Part shown: positions 16,783-27,000 of the stretch, in pieces
How the letters are laid out: each line of letters begins with the position of its first letter
How positions within the stretch are numbered: the first letter of the stretch is position 1
Virus record (IMG/VR): IMGVR_UViG_3300030109_003613
Direction: 5' to 3' (one strand)
DNA from: an uncultured virus (IMG/VR IMGVR_UViG_3300030109_003613)
Lineage: Duplodnaviria > Heunggongvirae > Uroviricota > Caudoviricetes
DNA: 64,000 bases
Position numbers and translations under genes: made by a program
Notes under the pieces: generated by a model
Databases searched by the model: none
What the model was told of the DNA's origin: nothing
What the model saw: the letters and a program-made list of their open reading frames with translations, nothing else

Positions 16783-16808
16783 AAGGGCCCTTTTAAGGGC
16801 TCTTTTTT
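16783..16808 (+). terminator. Intrinsic terminator
   Basis: AAGGGCCCTT-TT-AAGGGCTCTT followed by a T-run. Confidence 0.7.
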
Positions 16809-16828
16809 ATTAACTAAAATTAAAATTT

Positions 16829-17056
16829 ATGGGTTATTATGACAGTCCGGATTTTCCGGAAGATGTAAGTCCATGCTGTGGATCTGATAATTGGGAAGAA
16901 ACACAGGATGAAGAAGGGTATACAATTTATAAATGTTTTAAATGCAATGAAACTTTTGATGAACCAGAAAGTGAATATGAATATGATGAACGCATGAAAG
17001 AAATGTGGGCAGAAATGAGAGCTGATGAAGAACGTTTAGAAAGAGGTAACTCTTAA
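16829..17056 (+). CDS. Small acidic zinc-ribbon protein
   Basis: SPCCGS...YKCFKCNETF. Confidence 0.7.
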   Translation: MGYYDSPDFPEDVSPCCGSDNWEETQDEEGYTIYKCFKCNETFDEPESEYEYDERMKEMWAEMRADEERLERGNS

Positions 17057-17084
17057 AAATTATAAATAATTAAAAATTGATATT

Positions 17085-19889
17085 ATGAGTATTAAAACAA
17101 TTGACAAGCCGATCCAAGGATCTGCTGGTGTTGCCAAGCGTATTAATAAAGGCGCTGAAAAGATGGTTTTTGACATTTTGCAATCCACACAATATTCTAT
17201 GCCAATTCAATCTACGATTAGAGAACTTGTAACAAATGCATGTGACTCTCAACGTGAGAAAGAAGTAGCAATAGAAATATTAAGTGGCAAAAAGAAAGTT
17301 GAAGATTATTATATTGAGAGACATGGCCCTCAATATAAAGATAGTAATTTTGATAAAAATTATTACAATACTGGATATTTAAACACTGAAACTAATCAAA
17401 TAGATTTAGTATATGAAAAAAATGAAGGTTTAGGTTATTGTGATGTATTTAAAGTTACTGATTATGGTGTAGGTATTGGAAAAAGACGTTTAGAAGGTAT
17501 ATTAGAACTGGGTTATTCTACGAAAAGAAATACCAGTGAAAATTTTGGAGCCTTTGGTCTTGGTGCTAAAGCTGCGCTATCAACAGGAGTAGATTTTTAT
17601 ACAATTGAAACTGTATATAATGGTATGAGGTTTAAATGTAATTGTTATAATTACAAAACTGATTTCATTATACCTGCTTTTAATGTAGAAGAAGGCAAAC
17701 CTAATCCATTTATTACTTTCAGTGATGGCACTAAAGTATATTATGAAAACTATGGTGGAGATGATATAGATGGCGGTAAAAATAGAACTACTGTATCATT
17801 TGGTGTTAAACGCCACAATCGTAATAAATTTGAAGAAGCTGTAGAAGAACAATTATTATACTTTAGTAATGTTAACTTTAAAATAATAAATAATGAAGAT
17901 AACGGTCATGAAAGAGAAGTTAATTTTAAGGCTGAAGTATTACATAATTCTAAAAATCTTATAGTTTCTGATTCATATTATTTTAATAAACCACATATTG
18001 TACTTGTTAAAGATGAAAATGCTACAACAGGTATTAATTATGGGTATATTGATTTCCGTGAATTAGAAATGGAGCAAATGTATGGATGTATAGCATTTAA
18101 ATGTCCTACTCGCCAAGTTGTTACTAATGAAGATGGAACAGAAACTGTGTTACAAGAAGGTGTAGATGTTACTCCATCACGTGAGAAAGTTATATGGAAT
18201 GAGGCTACTAAAAAATACATTAAAGGTGTTATTCTAGCAGCTGCACAAGAAGCTAGTGATATGGTAGAAGAGCAGTTAAAAGAAACTGATTTCTTAAAAT
18301 GGGTAGATGCTTGTAGATCTATTATTACTGGTAATAGCAGTGAAAATAAAGTTTTAAATAAATTATCACGTATTATCAATACTGATGATATTAAACCTAA
18401 ATATGGGCCTGATCCTAGAATTAAATATGGATCAGCTAATAAATTATTTGAAGGTTTAAATATTATGAAACCTTATACTGCATATGAAAACAGTAAAAAA
18501 GTAATAAAAAGAGATACAGTTAAAGATTGGCAAGGATTTGATGCCAAACATTTTTATGCTAAAGAAGGACCTTTTAATAAATATAAAGATACATATTTAT
18601 TAAATAAAGATTGTGAGGATTCATATGATAAAAACCATGTTACTACATATAATTTGCAAGATTTAGATGATAAATTTAAAGAATTACTTGAAAAAGCATT
18701 AGGTAATACTGATGCTGTTCAAAAAGTAATGAAAGAAAAGAATAGAGTAAAAGCTAAACGTGCTGCCATTCTTAAGTTTATTGAATCATCTGAATGGTAC
18801 AAATCTTATGATGATATTGAGGTTCCTGAAGAATGGATAGAAGAGTGTAAAGAAATAGAAGCACAAGATGAAGAAAAAGCTAAATTTTCTAATTTGTCTC
18901 CTGCAGAACGTAGAGAAATAGAAAAGAGAATGGTTGCTTATACTCTTAGATTAGACCATACTAAAGACGATAAGTTTACTTTAGATAAGATTGAACCAAA
19001 AGTTAAAGATCTTATGAATAGTACAAATCGTATTTATTATTGTACTAAAGAAGATGAAGGTAAAATGAGAACAGCTGCTAGATTACTTAGTAATGTGGCT
19101 CCTTCATTTAAAGATGTATATCCTAAAGCTAGTATGTATGAAAACTGCACACCAGGATGGAAGAATAATGATGAAGGTAGTCGTGAATTTCCAGTTTTTT
19201 GGTATGAACACCCACCAGTTAGATTTTTAGATTGGCTTAACAAAGGTAATTACAAAGAGTGGGCTATTCCTAAACAAGGATGGGACACTCCTCAACTAAT
19301 TAGAGTAAGTCAAAATAAAGTTAAACACATTACAAAAAATGCTAATGTTAAACATATTGATGACTTGTTCTTAATTTTAACAACTAATAATGGATATACT
19401 ATGGATAATTCTTTAATAAAATACTACACGGCTAGTAGGCTAGACAAAATAAGTGATTTTAAATTTATGCAAGGATTAGGATGTATACACGATGAGTTAC
19501 AAAAAGATTATTGTGAGCTCTTAGATTTAAGAGAAAACAGTTATGAAGAAGAAAATTATACATATGTAAAAAAGATGGCACCATCTATATTAGAACATAT
19601 GGATAAACTTTATGAATTTCAAAAATTTTGTAATGAATGTGATGATGCAGAAATGATCCAAAATAAATCTAGAGAATTATTTGTTTTATCTGATGTATCC
19701 GAAGCTTGTGCTGCAGATTTAGACATATTAGCTAAATATGATAATATGGTTGAATTTGCACAAGAAATTAAACCACTTTTAGATGAAATTGAATGCCTTG
19801 AAGACAGAAAGTGCACTATGTCACCGGAACTTGAAAAGGAGCTTAGAGTTTATTTAAAAGCTAAAGATAGAGAAATATGGGACTCATAA
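17085..19889 (+). CDS. rIIA: rIIA-like protein (N-terminal GHKL/HATPase domain)
   Basis: IRELVTNACDS, DYGVGI, YSTKR...GAFGLGAK, DVTPSRE as in T4 rIIA; rIIB-like partner nearby. Confidence 0.85.
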   Translation: MSIKTIDKPIQGSAGVAKRINKGAEKMVFDILQSTQYSMPIQSTIRELVTNACDSQREKEVAIEILSGKKKVEDYYIERHGPQYKDSNFDKNYYNTGYLNTETNQIDLVYEKNEGLGYCDVFKVTDYGVGIGKRRLEGILELGYSTKRNTSENFGAFGLGAKAALSTGVDFYTIETVYNGMRFKCNCYNYKTDFIIPAFNVEEGKPNPFITFSDGTKVYYENYGGDDIDGGKNRTTVSFGVKRHNRNKFEEAVEEQLLYFSNVNFKIINNEDNGHEREVNFKAEVLHNSKNLIVSDSYYFNKPHIVLVKDENATTGINYGYIDFRELEMEQMYGCIAFKCPTRQVVTNEDGTETVLQEGVDVTPSREKVIWNEATKKYIKGVILAAAQEASDMVEEQLKETDFLKWVDACRSIITGNSSENKVLNKLSRIINTDDIKPKYGPDPRIKYGSANKLFEGLNIMKPYTAYENSKKVIKRDTVKDWQGFDAKHFYAKEGPFNKYKDTYLLNKDCEDSYDKNHVTTYNLQDLDDKFKELLEKALGNTDAVQKVMKEKNRVKAKRAAILKFIESSEWYKSYDDIEVPEEWIEECKEIEAQDEEKAKFSNLSPAERREIEKRMVAYTLRLDHTKDDKFTLDKIEPKVKDLMNSTNRIYYCTKEDEGKMRTAARLLSNVAPSFKDVYPKASMYENCTPGWKNNDEGSREFPVFWYEHPPVRFLDWLNKGNYKEWAIPKQGWDTPQLIRVSQNKVKHITKNANVKHIDDLFLILTTNNGYTMDNSLIKYYTASRLDKISDFKFMQGLGCIHDELQKDYCELLDLRENSYEEENYTYVKKMAPSILEHMDKLYEFQKFCNECDDAEMIQNKSRELFVLSDVSEACAADLDILAKYDNMVEFAQEIKPLLDEIECLEDRKCTMSPELEKELRVYLKAKDREIWDS

Positions 19890-20737
19890 GTAAAGATACC
19901 AGGAAGACGTTTAAAATACGTTTTTCTGGTAGATCTACTGATTTTATAAGTCCTAGTTTTGGTTATGGGTGTTTATACAACTGCTCATATTGTTATATGA
20001 AACGTCATAAAGCAGAAGGATTATCTATTGCTGTAAATACTGGTGATATATTAACTGAGATTAATAATCATGCATACTTTACACCGGTAGATAAACCTAA
20101 CCAAACACATTCTCAATTTACAACTTATGATATTAGCTGTAATGAAGATTTTGCATTACATGCTAAATATCATAATTGGAGAAGGATATTTGAATTCTTT
20201 AGAGATCATCCGATAGCTATGGCTAGTTTTGCAACTAAGTATGTAAATCCTGATTTAACCGGGTTTGATCCTCAAGGAAAGGTTCGTATTAGATTTAGTC
20301 TTATGCCTCAGTGTAAGTCAGATCTACATGAGCCTAACACATCTAAAATTATTGACAGAATAAAAGCTATCAATGCATTTATAGATGCAGGTTATGATGT
20401 ACATGTTAACTATAGTCCTATTATTGTATATGATGGATGGTTAGAAGACTACGCAGAAGTATTTGATATGATGGATACTTATGTAGAGTATAAGGACCAG
20501 GTGTTAGCAGAATGTATATTTTTAACTCATAACTTAAAAAAACATACTGTAAATTTACAAAAGCATCCTAAAACAGAAGTAGATCTGTGGGTGCTTAGTA
20601 AGCAAGAAGTTAAAACTTCACAGTATGGAGGAGAAAATGTGCGTTATAAACTAGGAATGAAATCAGAGTTTATACGTGAATTTACAGAATTACACAATTC
20701 CAAAATACCTTGGAATAAAATAAGGTATATTTTTTAA
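19877..20737 (+). CDS. splB: Spore photoproduct lyase-family radical SAM enzyme
   Basis: GCLYNCSYCY (CxxxCxxC), YDISCNED (position of the SplB H-donor Cys), ATK, RIRFSL. Confidence 0.85.
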   Translation: MGLISKDTRKTFKIRFSGRSTDFISPSFGYGCLYNCSYCYMKRHKAEGLSIAVNTGDILTEINNHAYFTPVDKPNQTHSQFTTYDISCNEDFALHAKYHNWRRIFEFFRDHPIAMASFATKYVNPDLTGFDPQGKVRIRFSLMPQCKSDLHEPNTSKIIDRIKAINAFIDAGYDVHVNYSPIIVYDGWLEDYAEVFDMMDTYVEYKDQVLAECIFLTHNLKKHTVNLQKHPKTEVDLWVLSKQEVKTSQYGGENVRYKLGMKSEFIREFTELHNSKIPWNKIRYIF

Positions 20738-20756
20738 CTAATTAAAATACTAAAAA

Positions 20757-21923
20757 ATGATTACAATTAATGTTATTGACAACAAAATCTGCGGATCGTA
20801 TGGAGATACGCCATTTGCAGTAGATTACACTAAAGATTTGTATAACGAAATGTTATCTATTCAAGTGTTATTTCAAAATGTAAAAACTATAGAAGATTAT
20901 AATAAACTTCTTGAAGATTTTGCAAAACTTACTGTAGTAGACTATAAAAAAACTATTCAGACAAAATGTGAACATATTTATGTTAATTCTGCAGGTGAGT
21001 TTTTTCTTAAACACGGAGAAACAATTTCTAAAATACCAATGCCTGAAGCGCTTGTAGAAAGAATCTATGAGTCTATGGATAAAGATTTAGATTTTAGTCC
21101 TTTAATTAAAATGTGGACACGTTTTCTTCGTAATCCGGTTCTTAAAACTAAGATGAAAAAAGGTTGGGGTAAAGAATTTTGTGAAAGGTTTTTCAATTTT
21201 GTTAATATGAAATATGTTCATCCTAAACTTAAATCAGAGTTAATGGAAGATCATGGATTAACAGAAGAAGCAGCTGAAAAAAGAGCAACAATGTATCAAA
21301 TGAAAATTACTCAAGAAGGGTTATTAAACGGATATAAAGTTTCTAAAGAAATACTTCATAAGTATAATAAAGAAACCGGCGAAGAAGAGCCTAGATATAC
21401 TAGAACTTTTAATCCTGATACAGGTGAGATTGAAAGCAATGGATTACCTGAATTTGTAGAAGATAGGTTATTTCAACCATCTGTTATGGGTAATGGTGGA
21501 GATGCTTTCTTCTGTGAAGGTCCTAATGGCTATGCAACTCCTCAACATTTTATTAAAGTAGGATGTACTCATAGATTAGAGTCTTGGGATCAAGTTAATA
21601 CAAATGATAGACGTTCATGTGTTAAAGGTTTACATATTGGTGGATTAAAGTATATCTCTTGGTATACTGGTGAAATCCATAATATATTTGTAGATCCGAT
21701 GCATATTGGCGCTGTTCCTGATGATGAAGATGGAGCTATCAGATGTAAACAATATTTTGTACATTCTTCATTAGCAGGTGTAAATGGATCTATTTATCAT
21801 AGTTCTAGCTATGCTGCAATGACAGATACAGAATGGAATGAAATGAGAAAAAAGGCTGTAGAAACTTATTCAAAAGATATATTAGATATACAATCTAATG
21901 TTGAAGCTTTAAGAAGTCTATAG
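20757..21923 (+). CDS. rIIB: rIIB-like protein
   Basis: WTRFLRNP, ITQEGLLNGYK, CVKGLHIG, VDPMHIGAVP...IRCKQY resemble T4 rIIB. Confidence 0.75.
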   Translation: MITINVIDNKICGSYGDTPFAVDYTKDLYNEMLSIQVLFQNVKTIEDYNKLLEDFAKLTVVDYKKTIQTKCEHIYVNSAGEFFLKHGETISKIPMPEALVERIYESMDKDLDFSPLIKMWTRFLRNPVLKTKMKKGWGKEFCERFFNFVNMKYVHPKLKSELMEDHGLTEEAAEKRATMYQMKITQEGLLNGYKVSKEILHKYNKETGEEEPRYTRTFNPDTGEIESNGLPEFVEDRLFQPSVMGNGGDAFFCEGPNGYATPQHFIKVGCTHRLESWDQVNTNDRRSCVKGLHIGGLKYISWYTGEIHNIFVDPMHIGAVPDDEDGAIRCKQYFVHSSLAGVNGSIYHSSSYAAMTDTEWNEMRKKAVETYSKDILDIQSNVEALRSL

Positions 21924-21938
21924 TAAGTGTTAAATTAT

Positions 21939-22039
21939 TATAATATATAGGTGTTGAATGGAGTAAATCCTGACGAGGTCGGATTAACTTAATAAAGGAA
22001 AAACTATTTGCAGTTCCAATCCTTTACCTTTATATTATA
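21939..22039 (+). other. Multibranch structured intergenic RNA
   Basis: Closing stem TATAATATA-t-AGGT / ACCT-t-TATATTATA; inner hairpins AATCC..GGATT and GGAA..ACT/AGTTCC. Confidence 0.5.
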
Positions 22040-22055
22040 TTTTAAAATTATTATT

Positions 22056-22778
22056 ATGGAAACAACAATTTTAATAGATGCTGATAGCTTATTATACTTT
22101 GAGATGAATAAAGATACTCTAGAAGAAGCTATCGAAAGTTTAGACGGAAGAATATACGAAATGATGAGCAAATGTGAAACAGAGAATTATGCAGGATTTT
22201 TAACTATAGGAAAATGTTTTAGATATAAAGAAGCAAAAACGAGAAAATACAAAGGTAATAGAAAACACGGAAGTAAACCAATTATATTTTATGCATTAAA
22301 AGAACATTTAAAACAAGTTTGGGGATTTGAGTATATATCAGAATTAGAAGCAGATGATTTAGTAGCAGTATATTCAAATGAAAATACGGTTATATGTAGT
22401 CCTGATAAAGATGTATTATATCAAGTAAAAGGTACGCATTATAATTATAGAACAGCTGAATTTATAACTACTTCACAAGATGAAGCAGACACATTTCTTT
22501 GGAAACAAATGCTTATGGGAGATCCAACTGACGGGATACCTGGTATACCTAAAGTAGGTGAAAAAACAGCTGCTAACTGGCTTAATGACGTATCTGTTGC
22601 AGATATGCCTAGGTTTGTATTAGAAAAATACATAGAAAAGTTTGGAATGGCTGAAGGAATTTGTAAATTTGCAGAAACATTTAAACTTATATACATACTA
22701 AAAACTGAAGAGGACGTTTTAAGAGAAACAGGTATTGAATTACCAGAACTGAATATTAACCAAATTAAATTAGTGTGA
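22056..22778 (+). CDS. 5'-3' exonuclease (T7 gp6/FEN1-like)
   Basis: LIDADSL, YKGNR, LEADD, SPDKD, GDPTDGIPGIPKVG; ATG 22056 preferred over TTG 22008. Confidence 0.9.
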   Translation: METTILIDADSLLYFEMNKDTLEEAIESLDGRIYEMMSKCETENYAGFLTIGKCFRYKEAKTRKYKGNRKHGSKPIIFYALKEHLKQVWGFEYISELEADDLVAVYSNENTVICSPDKDVLYQVKGTHYNYRTAEFITTSQDEADTFLWKQMLMGDPTDGIPGIPKVGEKTAANWLNDVSVADMPRFVLEKYIEKFGMAEGICKFAETFKLIYILKTEEDVLRETGIELPELNINQIKLV

Positions 22779-22779
22779 T

Positions 22780-23532
22780 ATGTCAATAAAATGTACAGAG
22801 GTTATTGTAACACCTATTACTTCTTTATATTGTAGAGTTTCTGGAGGAACAAAATCAATAATTCCACATAAAATTAAAGATAAACTTGTTTCTTTAGAAC
22901 TGCCTAGTAATAAAATTATTTCTTTAAAAGATATTATCAAAGTAAAAGGTAATCCTTATAAAGTAAATATTATTGAAAAAAACTTTGACTCTAAAATTTT
23001 ATATTACGATTTAAAAATTGCAGAAAGAACTAAATCTTCTCTTTTTGTTATGCCAATGATGGGCGGAAATAGAAGATTATTTTTATATGATAAACAATTT
23101 TTAAATTGTTTTATAGGATTTAATGATTATGATGATTGTATAGTTTTATTATATAGATGGTCATCAGATCCATTATTTGAAAAATTTCATGCTGCTTTAC
23201 AAACATTTAAAGATTTTCTTATTACATATAGTCCTGATCCGTATCATGTATTATATGTATTTAGTATTCCTGAAGAACATATAGAAAATTTTAGATGTTT
23301 TAAAGATAGTAAATATTCAAAAATGGATGATATGTATAAACTAAAAGTATTAGATTATCATGATATGGATATTGAAGGAGTTTTAGCTCAAATATTATTT
23401 AAATCAGAAATAAGAAGACAAGCTTTACAAGAAAAATTAGATGCAGAAATAAGTAAAGATTCAGAGCTATTAAGTCTTATAAAACCAGAACAAGAAATAC
23501 TAAATTTAAAAACTTATATAAATGGAAAATAA
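22780..23532 (+). CDS. Conserved hypothetical protein
   Basis: 250-aa ORF coupled to its neighbours. Confidence 0.7.
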   Translation: MSIKCTEVIVTPITSLYCRVSGGTKSIIPHKIKDKLVSLELPSNKIISLKDIIKVKGNPYKVNIIEKNFDSKILYYDLKIAERTKSSLFVMPMMGGNRRLFLYDKQFLNCFIGFNDYDDCIVLLYRWSSDPLFEKFHAALQTFKDFLITYSPDPYHVLYVFSIPEEHIENFRCFKDSKYSKMDDMYKLKVLDYHDMDIEGVLAQILFKSEIRRQALQEKLDAEISKDSELLSLIKPEQEILNLKTYINGK

Positions 23533-24040
23533 AAAAGATTGCGGATGCAAAAATAAACAAAAAAATTCAAATAAAACAATTTTTGAGAACGATATTAAAA
23601 TGTCAGTTCCAGAAGGAAAAGAATTTAATAAATGGTATAGTACAACCTCTGCGGATACTAGTATTGAAGAAATAAATGAACATTTAGTTGATCAATATAA
23701 TAGAAACAGGCCGGTTAAAGACCATATTAATAAAGCAAAAGATATATCAAACGAAAATAATAAAATTCCTAAAGATTTTGGGTGGCATTTAAATGTAGTT
23801 GTTAGTAGAATAACAAAATTATTAAAAGAAAAAAATGCTGCTTACGGGAATAGCGCTTTAACTCCTCTAAATGTGTTTAGTAAGTTAGATGCTGTGGAAT
23901 CTTTGTGCGCAAGGCTTGACGATAAGTTAGCCCGCATAAGAAACCGCGGTATTAATGACGCAACAGAAGATACAGTTGATGATTTAATAGGATATTTATT
24001 ATTATTAAAAATGGCTCAAGAAAGAAAGAGAGATGAATAA
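23522..24040 (+). CDS. DUF1599 (nucleotide-modification-associated domain 1) protein
   Basis: LLKEKNAAYGNS...RLDDKLARI...EDTVDDLIGYLLL. Confidence 0.75.
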   Translation: MENKKDCGCKNKQKNSNKTIFENDIKMSVPEGKEFNKWYSTTSADTSIEEINEHLVDQYNRNRPVKDHINKAKDISNENNKIPKDFGWHLNVVVSRITKLLKEKNAAYGNSALTPLNVFSKLDAVESLCARLDDKLARIRNRGINDATEDTVDDLIGYLLLLKMAQERKRDE

Positions 24041-24057
24041 TCTCTTTTTTCTTTTTT
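24019..24057. terminator. Probable bidirectional terminator at the convergence of the two transcription blocks
   Basis: A-rich run-AGAGAT-gaata-ATCTCT-T-run between convergent genes. Confidence 0.6.
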
Positions 24058-24094
24058 GTACCCTTTTAAGTATATTTTTTTTCTCGGGATTCTG

Positions 24095-27000
24095 TTAAAA
24101 TCTTGAATATTTATACGAATCAGATAATTCTAGCATTCTTGCAAAAGCATTAAGTCCAGGAAGCATTTTAAATGTATAATGGAATCTATTAGTTTTATCT
24201 CTATTACTATTTTCACCAAATATATCATCTCTTGTTTCATCTAATGTATTACCAGCTATATCAAATAATTGTTCTCCTAATGATAGTATTGGAATACCTC
24301 CCACACGCCCAGCTTCAAGTACTTCTAAACTTGTAAATACAGCTACCTCTCTATATGTTCTATTGATAACATTATATAATTTTCTACCTGCATAAGATTC
24401 TCTCATATCTATTTTACCATCATCATCTGAATCTCCTCCCATCAGTGCTAGTAACATTAAGAATAATAAAGTTAAACGAGCTTCCATTAAAAATGCTTTA
24501 ATATTACCTTGTTGCATTTTAACAAAGTCTTGGAACATTTCTTCTTTTTGCGCAGGGTCTTTTAATCTATCTGCAAACTCTGGATTTTCAGAATTTTTAA
24601 GAGCCCATCTTTCAAATTGAATTCTAGCAGCGTCTTCTCTTACTTTAAAAGCATTTGCATATCCAAATGTAGCTATATCTACTCCAGCTTTTGCAATATC
24701 AGCTCCTAAGTTTTGTATAAACTGCATTAAATGTACTTCAGTATCTAAAGCCTGTCCAGGAGTCATACCTGTTAACCCTAAATTACTAAACATAGTTTTC
24801 CAAGTACCTTGGTCAAATGTTTTTAGTATATGATCATATCTTGTAGCGCCAAATCTTTCCATAGCAATACCTGGCAGCCAAGATTTATAGTGCATCATAA
24901 ACCTCATAAGAAAGTTATTATTATATAATGCAACATCTTCATCATTCATAGTACCTTTTACTTTATCACTGATACGTCTTGAAATATTACGAATTGATCT
25001 TTCTTGTTTTCTATCTAAGTTAAAATTAACAGTATAACGATCAACAGCTGCGTCAGAAATATTTGTAACTCCAAGCCCTTTCCAGTTAGAATTTTCTTTA
25101 TATTCCATTAAATCCATTACAGATTTTGATCCTTCGGGTAAATTCTTTAATAGTTTTATTTCTCCTGTTTCTTGATCTAGTCCCCAATCTAAAGCCATAG
25201 CATATAAAACTACAGCGTCTATTCCCTGATCCGCAGTAGATAAAAAAGCAAACCATTTATCATTAGTCATATGTCTTACTCTTTTATCTGCAGATAGTTT
25301 ATCTGCTCTATTTCTTGTATCACTTCTATTGTAAATTTCAAAATGTTCGGCTAAAGCTCTCATTTTAGGGTCTGCTTTCATTAAAGCAGCTTGCGCCTGT
25401 CTTAGGTTCTTTCTACTTATAAAACTACTTTTTGAAGCCTGCTGTTCTAAAGAAAACATACCGGCCATAAATGCTCCAGCCGCTACAGGAACCTTTAGAC
25501 CTAACGCCATCATAGAGTGATATTGTTTAGCAGCTAAGGTAGTCTTAACCATACTTAGCTTTTTATTCATTACTTTAATACTTCTATCTTTAACATCTAA
25601 AGCATTACCATAAAAATACTGATCTACAAAACCGGTAAATATTTTAGAATTACCTTGACTTGTAAATGTCTTTTTTAATGTTCCAGATAACGTTTTAGTT
25701 ACTTCTCCCATTCCATCTGTATCAATTTGATGGATTTCATTTTGTTGTAATAAAGTCTCCATTGCTAATACTTCAGGCAATACTTCCATTTTCATTTGAT
25801 AATCTATAGCTGCATCATATAATAATAATAAACCTTTACCTAAATCTTTACTTTTTAATCTAGGATCTCTATTACCATTTTGATCTGTAATAGGTCTAAT
25901 ATAAAGTCTTGGTATTTCTCTTATTAATTCTTGAGTATTTATATCTCTCATACCGTTTGTTTGCAGATCGTGCTCTCTAATTTGAAGGTTATCTAAAACC
26001 ATATCCCAGGCTTGACCGCTGCCTCCATCAATTTGAGCTTCCATAACTGATTTTTGTATTTCTGCAATAAAACCAGGCCCTAAATTTTTTCCAAATTTAT
26101 CTTCAATTTCTCTAACCTTTTGTGTATAATACTCATAAAAGTTTCTTAAAGGTTCTATATTTTGTATTTCTTTAAATTCTTGTGAGATACGATCTTCATT
26201 AAATCTCAAGAAATATTTACCACCCTGTAATAAAGAAGCGGTTGAATAATAATTTTTTACATCGTACATTTTATCCCAAGCTAGAATTTCTCTTTGTATA
26301 GCATTTGTATTAGTACCATGTTGTTTTCTTAGAAATTTTAATTTACCGTCTCTATACTTTTTAAAGTTTTTATTATAACTTTCTTCATCTAAGTATGTAT
26401 TCTTTTTAAACCACTTCGAGTCTGAATTTTTTCTAGCTTGATCTAATTCTGCATAAAAATCAGCATCATATTTAGGTATAAAATTACCAGTTTCTGTATT
26501 TATTAATTTATCAAAAGCGTTTATACTATTACTACCATACCATCTCATAACAGCATTTTGTAGTTCTTGTATTTCTGCTGCAACAGCTTTACTTTCTTTA
26601 CGTCTTTTATATTCTAAATCATCTACAATTTCCCATAAATTACGTAACATTGGATTATTTTGTTTAGATAAATTAACAAAGTTACCAGTCATATAATCTA
26701 AATCTGTATTAAAAGATTCTGTTCCTTTAACACCACGTTCAAGAGCATTATCTCTTACTCTTATTTTCATTTTATCTGCTAAGGTATTTTTAACAATAGA
26801 TATAATACCTGCAACTTCTTTAATTAGTGCTATTGTTTCTTTATGTTTTTCTGGATCATATTGAGGGCTTTTTGGATCTAACAAATCTTTTAAATACTCA
26901 TTTTGACCTAACATACTTTGATAGAATAATAAATCAGTATTTAAATCGATCATTTCATCTAAAGACATCCATAAAGGATTAACTTCTCCTTCTTTTATAA

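Noticed and set aside
21968..22020. Hammerhead ribozyme suggested by CTGACGA...GAAA
   Set aside because: No stem II between the two core motifs, stem III does not give the A-U/NUH register, and CTGACGA sits inside an alternative hairpin.
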